Position numbers and translations under genes: made by a program. The notes below the pieces were generated by a model. That model was not told the DNA's origin. It searched no databases and saw only the letters and a list, made by a program, of their open reading frames with translations. Shown one piece after another: positions 60,201 to 64,000 of a DNA stretch of 64,000 nt (the first letter of the stretch is position 1; every line of letters starts with the position of its first letter). This DNA comes from Rhizodiscina lignyota (lineage: Eukaryota): positions 2,046,001-2,110,000 of the forward strand of contig ML978123.1 in NCBI GenBank assembly GCA_010015805.1. Reading direction: 5' to 3'.

Positions 60201-61144
60201 AAGTCTCCTTCTCGCTCGCGATTCATTCACCAATTCGGCCAGGGACGGCGTATCCTGGCGGCGCCGTCTGGCAGTGGAGCTAGCAAAAGTCTTACTGCCC
60301 ACTGAGGGGCGCAGAGCAGGCGTGGTGAGGTGCGGGCGGGTACGAGCTCGTTTACGGGCGACAGTTCAGGATTTCTCGTAAGTAGTAATCCCATGTGTGC
60401 TGCTTGTGCTGTAGGGCGACGGCCAGTTGCATGGGCGTGCCACGGCGCGCATGGGCACTCGTGAAGGTGGAGTGTGTCTGCACAAGAGTAGGCAGGCTGC
60501 ACCGTCCGTGCCGCAGACGCCGATTCGCATCTGGCATTCATGAGTTGGGTGAGCTTCTAGGCGAAGAGGCGCTTGAAGCATCAATCCTCGTCGAATGCCG
60601 ATTAGTGCATGCTGCTAGTGCCCGTATGACAGGCGGCTGATCGCGCCTGCACTTTCTCTGCACGCTCCTGCCTCTTGCCAATCCCTATAGTAAGGTGTTA
60701 CCGCCTGCCTCTTCTCCCACCCTCTCCCGACTTCAACCTACAACTACCTCCCTCACGCTCGTTTGAATCCCCTCTTTTTCATTTCCTTCGCTCGCCCCTA
60801 CAGGTACCTTTGTATTGGGCCGTCGACCTGGACGCGTCTATTCCCACCACAAAGGCCGCTTCACTTGTTCTTCTTTCGCTCTTTGTGCCTCAACCCCCCG
60901 TACTTAATTTTAATCTGGAAAATCTCCTTGCAGCCACCGGGTGCCTGTCCAAAAACGTACAGCACTCGTTTCAAATTAGAGATTAACTTCATTTCGAGCT
61001 TAGTTGTTTGAAAACTCGGGCGAAATAAAAGTTTCCAAACTCCTGCACGTCAATTGATCGACGGGCGTGTGGGTCACATATAACACCAGAGCTCAACGCC
61101 TCCCACAAGAATTTTCGAACACGACCAGGAAACCAAAGCTCAAC

Positions 61145-63143
61145 ATGCTCGGTTCTCTCTTGGCTGGCCTGCTCTTGTTGGGCCAGACTCTGGCCGTCGT
61201 CACCTCTGGTGCCACCGGAAATGGTGTTCAGGTCCGCCTGGAAATCGCTGATCTGATCAACGACAAGACTTCATGGAACATCTACCTGCTTGCTCTGCAG
61301 CAAATGCAGCAGGCATCACAGTCTGACCAATTGAGTTGGTACCAACTCGCAGGTATGTCGACATGAACTTCAATTCATCTGTTTTGAGCCCCACCCCTAA
61401 TCTCAAGTGTTTCTCGAATGTGTTCATGAAGTTGACAATATGAAGGTATCCACGGCCGTCCACAACAATCATATGATGGTGTCAAGGGAACTGCAAGCCC
61501 CCAGGGACCAGGCTACTGCACGCACGTTTCCAACTTCTTCTGCACGTGGCACCGACCCTACATGGCCCTCTATGAGCAGGTGCTTGTGTCTACTGCCATT
61601 TCAGTCGCCCAATCATTCCCTGCTGGCGCGAATCACGACAAATACCTCGCAGCTGCCCAGAAGCTCCGTGCTCCATTCTGGGACTGGGCCAAGGCTCGTT
61701 CTTCAAGTGCTTTCCCCAGCGCTCTCACCTCTCCGACCGCGACTGTCACCACTCCAACTGGTTCTCAGAAAATCAATAACCCGCTTTATCTGTACAACTT
61801 CCATCCTAACCCAGGTAACTTGTACTACCAGCCGGTATGTTATAAATAGGCTTCCTTTTTATTTTTAATAATGTGCTAACGAGCTGAAGTTCACCTACTG
61901 GAACAGCACTCTTCGATGGCCCACTAGTGATTCTGATGAAAATGCGAGCAGTCAGCAGAACCTTGCCCGAAGTAATGTTGAGAGCTGGCAGCCAACTCTT
62001 CATGACCGTCTCTACACCGTTCTTACCCAGTACCCGGACTACAACCAGTTCAGTAACGAGGCCTGGATCACCGACAGCAACTCCCAGGACAGTCTTGAGT
62101 CAATCCACGATGTCATCCACGGTGCTGTTGGTGGCACGAACTACGGCCACATGAGTATCATTGATGTGTCTGCCTTTGACCCCGTCTTCTTCCTTCACCA
62201 CTGCATGGTTGACCGTGCCTTCGCACTTTGGCAGGCGATCAACCCCAGCAGCACCTTCGAGCAGCAGACCCAAAGCCAAGGCACTTACTGGTACGATTCA
62301 GGTTACGTCTCGAAGATCAACACTCCCTTGAAGCCTTTCCACCAGACCAGCTCTGGAACTTTCTGGACATCCCAGACTGTTTGGGACTGGACCCAGTTCG
62401 AGTACACATACCCTGAGTTGCAGTCTGGCTGGACCGCTTCCTCTGTCAAGACCGCAGTCAACAAGCTCTACGGCTCTTCTACCTCTACTTCATCTAAGAA
62501 GCGATCTGTCTTCCCCGGTTTCTCAGACATCTCGGATCTCTGGAAAGGCCATCCTCTCAAGAATCTCCGTAGCCGTTTCCCAGGTGCCATGCCGTCTCCC
62601 GCAATTTCCCTCGCAGGCACGAGCTCCAGCGTTCGCGAATATATGATCAACATCCGCGCCCAGAAGAACGTCCTTGGACAGTCCTATTTCATCTTCTTCT
62701 TCCTTGGAGAAGCTCCTGAGAACTCTGTTGAGTGGGGTACCGCTAGTAATCTCGTCGGTGTTAACCCGGTTATTTCGCTCAACATGCCTCAAGACGAAGC
62801 TGCGCAGAAGACCCCTGTCCTTATTGGTAGCGCTGTCCCTCTTAACCGCGCTCTGGTCAAGAAGCACGACTCTGGCGAGCTCAAGAGCTTGAGTGATGAT
62901 GACGTTAGCGCGTACCTCCAGAAGAACTTGAGCTGGCAGGTCAAGGCTTCCAACGGCACTATTCTGGACGCGTCCAATATTCCGAACTTGCTTGTCTCTG
63001 TCGCCTCTTCGGAGATCGAGCCTGCGACCGCTGATGACGATTTCCCTAAGCGCAAGGGCGCTATGAGCATTCACACCGCCGTCACATCCGGCAAGGGCGC
63101 TGGTTTGTGCGAGTCCGAGCTCCACCTGTACAAGACGGGATAA
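61145..63143 (+). CDS. Secreted tyrosinase / catechol oxidase (type-3 copper protein) with C-terminal domain; introns ~61353-61446 and ~61835-61889
   Basis: Signal peptide. CuA YQLAG|IHGRP..GYCTHVSNFFCTWHRPYMALYEQ, LRAPFWDW. CuB LESIHDVIHGAVGG..GHMS..AFDPVFFLHHCMVDR. Also TPLKPF and YTYPEL. Confidence 0.93.
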
Positions 63144-64000
63144 ATTTCTCCTTCTGAATCTCTCTTACGGCGTCGGCCTGTATTTTCTTTTGTGCTTTAG
63201 ATCTCTGCCTGGAACTATGGAGGACCGCCTACGGGCCGAGTCATGTCTTTTGTTTTACTTGCTCGATCTCGCTGGCATGTCCCCTTGCCTTTTTCTTCTC
63301 AACCATAGAAAGTGTTTTAATGGGCGATTTGATACGAAGATGGACCACGCACAACATCTGAAAGTCACGGCAGCAACAAAGGATACCACTAATCATTTTG
63401 CGCATGAATGACAAGGCACTGCATGGCTACTAAGTTTATGTAGCTAAAATGTATCAAATACCCTTTCAAAACACTGTACAATCCTAGGGCCTTCAGTCTT
63501 CTTGATGCTGTGCAACTTCTCACTCGCTTCACTAGATACTAGAGAAGACGTCCATTTCGCCTCTACCTCCCTCTCCTGATGTGGTGGAGCAAGGAGTCGC
63601 CTGCCATCTAATGTGATACGTTAGCCTCGTAAAATTTTCATGAAGATCCGCACGCCTGCATCGACGCGAAGCATAAAAGCATACAGTAGCTTGTAGCATG
63701 TCACGAAGCACAATATATGTACATGCAAAGGTAGTGTGAATTACTGCCCCACCTGTCAAACCGTCAATCCTTCCAAATACGTTACCGTGCCCCTTGACCA
63801 TGTCCCTTGCGGGTGTGGCTGGTGATACCCCGATTATCCCTGCCAGAGATCGTTCGGAGTTTTATGTGGGATGCCGAAGTCTTGGCAACGGCGCTTTTTT
63901 TTGTACGAGAATTTGAGCATATTTGAGATACTTCGTATAACTATAAGAAATTGCGCACCTCCCACTACACCTCATTTTCGATGGCTCCCTCAATTCAACC

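Noticed and set aside
1..64000. CRISPR array, rRNA, snRNA, transposase or secondary-metabolite backbone gene
   Set aside because: No repeat-spacer pattern, recognisable RNA gene motif, DDE/RT/Rep-helicase ORF or PKS/NRPS domain was seen

Overview
Gene-dense eukaryotic DNA from a filamentous ascomycete (Pezizomycotina, probably Dothideomycetes; inferred from short GT-AG introns with CTRAC/CTAAY branch points and from gene content). About 25 genes can be assigned a family or product from translated motifs. In order: a PHD+JmjC histone demethylase (JHD1-like), a DUF3824-type low-complexity protein, an S53 tripeptidyl peptidase, fimbrin, RPL19, a Sim3/NASP histone chaperone head-to-head with DPB2, NAD-specific glutamate dehydrogenase, a small Lys/Ala-rich protein, glutaminase A, LSM12, inositol monophosphatase, an F-box-like hypothetical protein, a 3-hydroxyacyl-CoA dehydrogenase-family gene head-to-head with a 4CL-like acyl-CoA ligase, RPB5/PPM1, PRX1, a CinA/PncC-fold protein, a patatin, GND1, an RBM42-like RRM protein, SSR4 and a secreted tyrosinase. 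Three small spliced orphan genes are also predicted. I found no intact tRNA, rRNA, CRISPR array or autonomous transposon. The best leads are: (1) a stand-alone CinA/PncC protein with a substituted catalytic dyad and apparent mitochondrial plus peroxisomal targeting; (2) a ~280-bp AT-rich Helitron/SINE-like element with a tRNA-like core in front of an orphan gene; (3) an in-frame alternative acceptor in GND1 that adds or removes a PTS2-like peptide; (4) a dehydrogenase/CoA-ligase two-gene module; (5) structured introns in RPL19 and in the small basic protein gene. Gene models were spliced by eye and no database searches were run.
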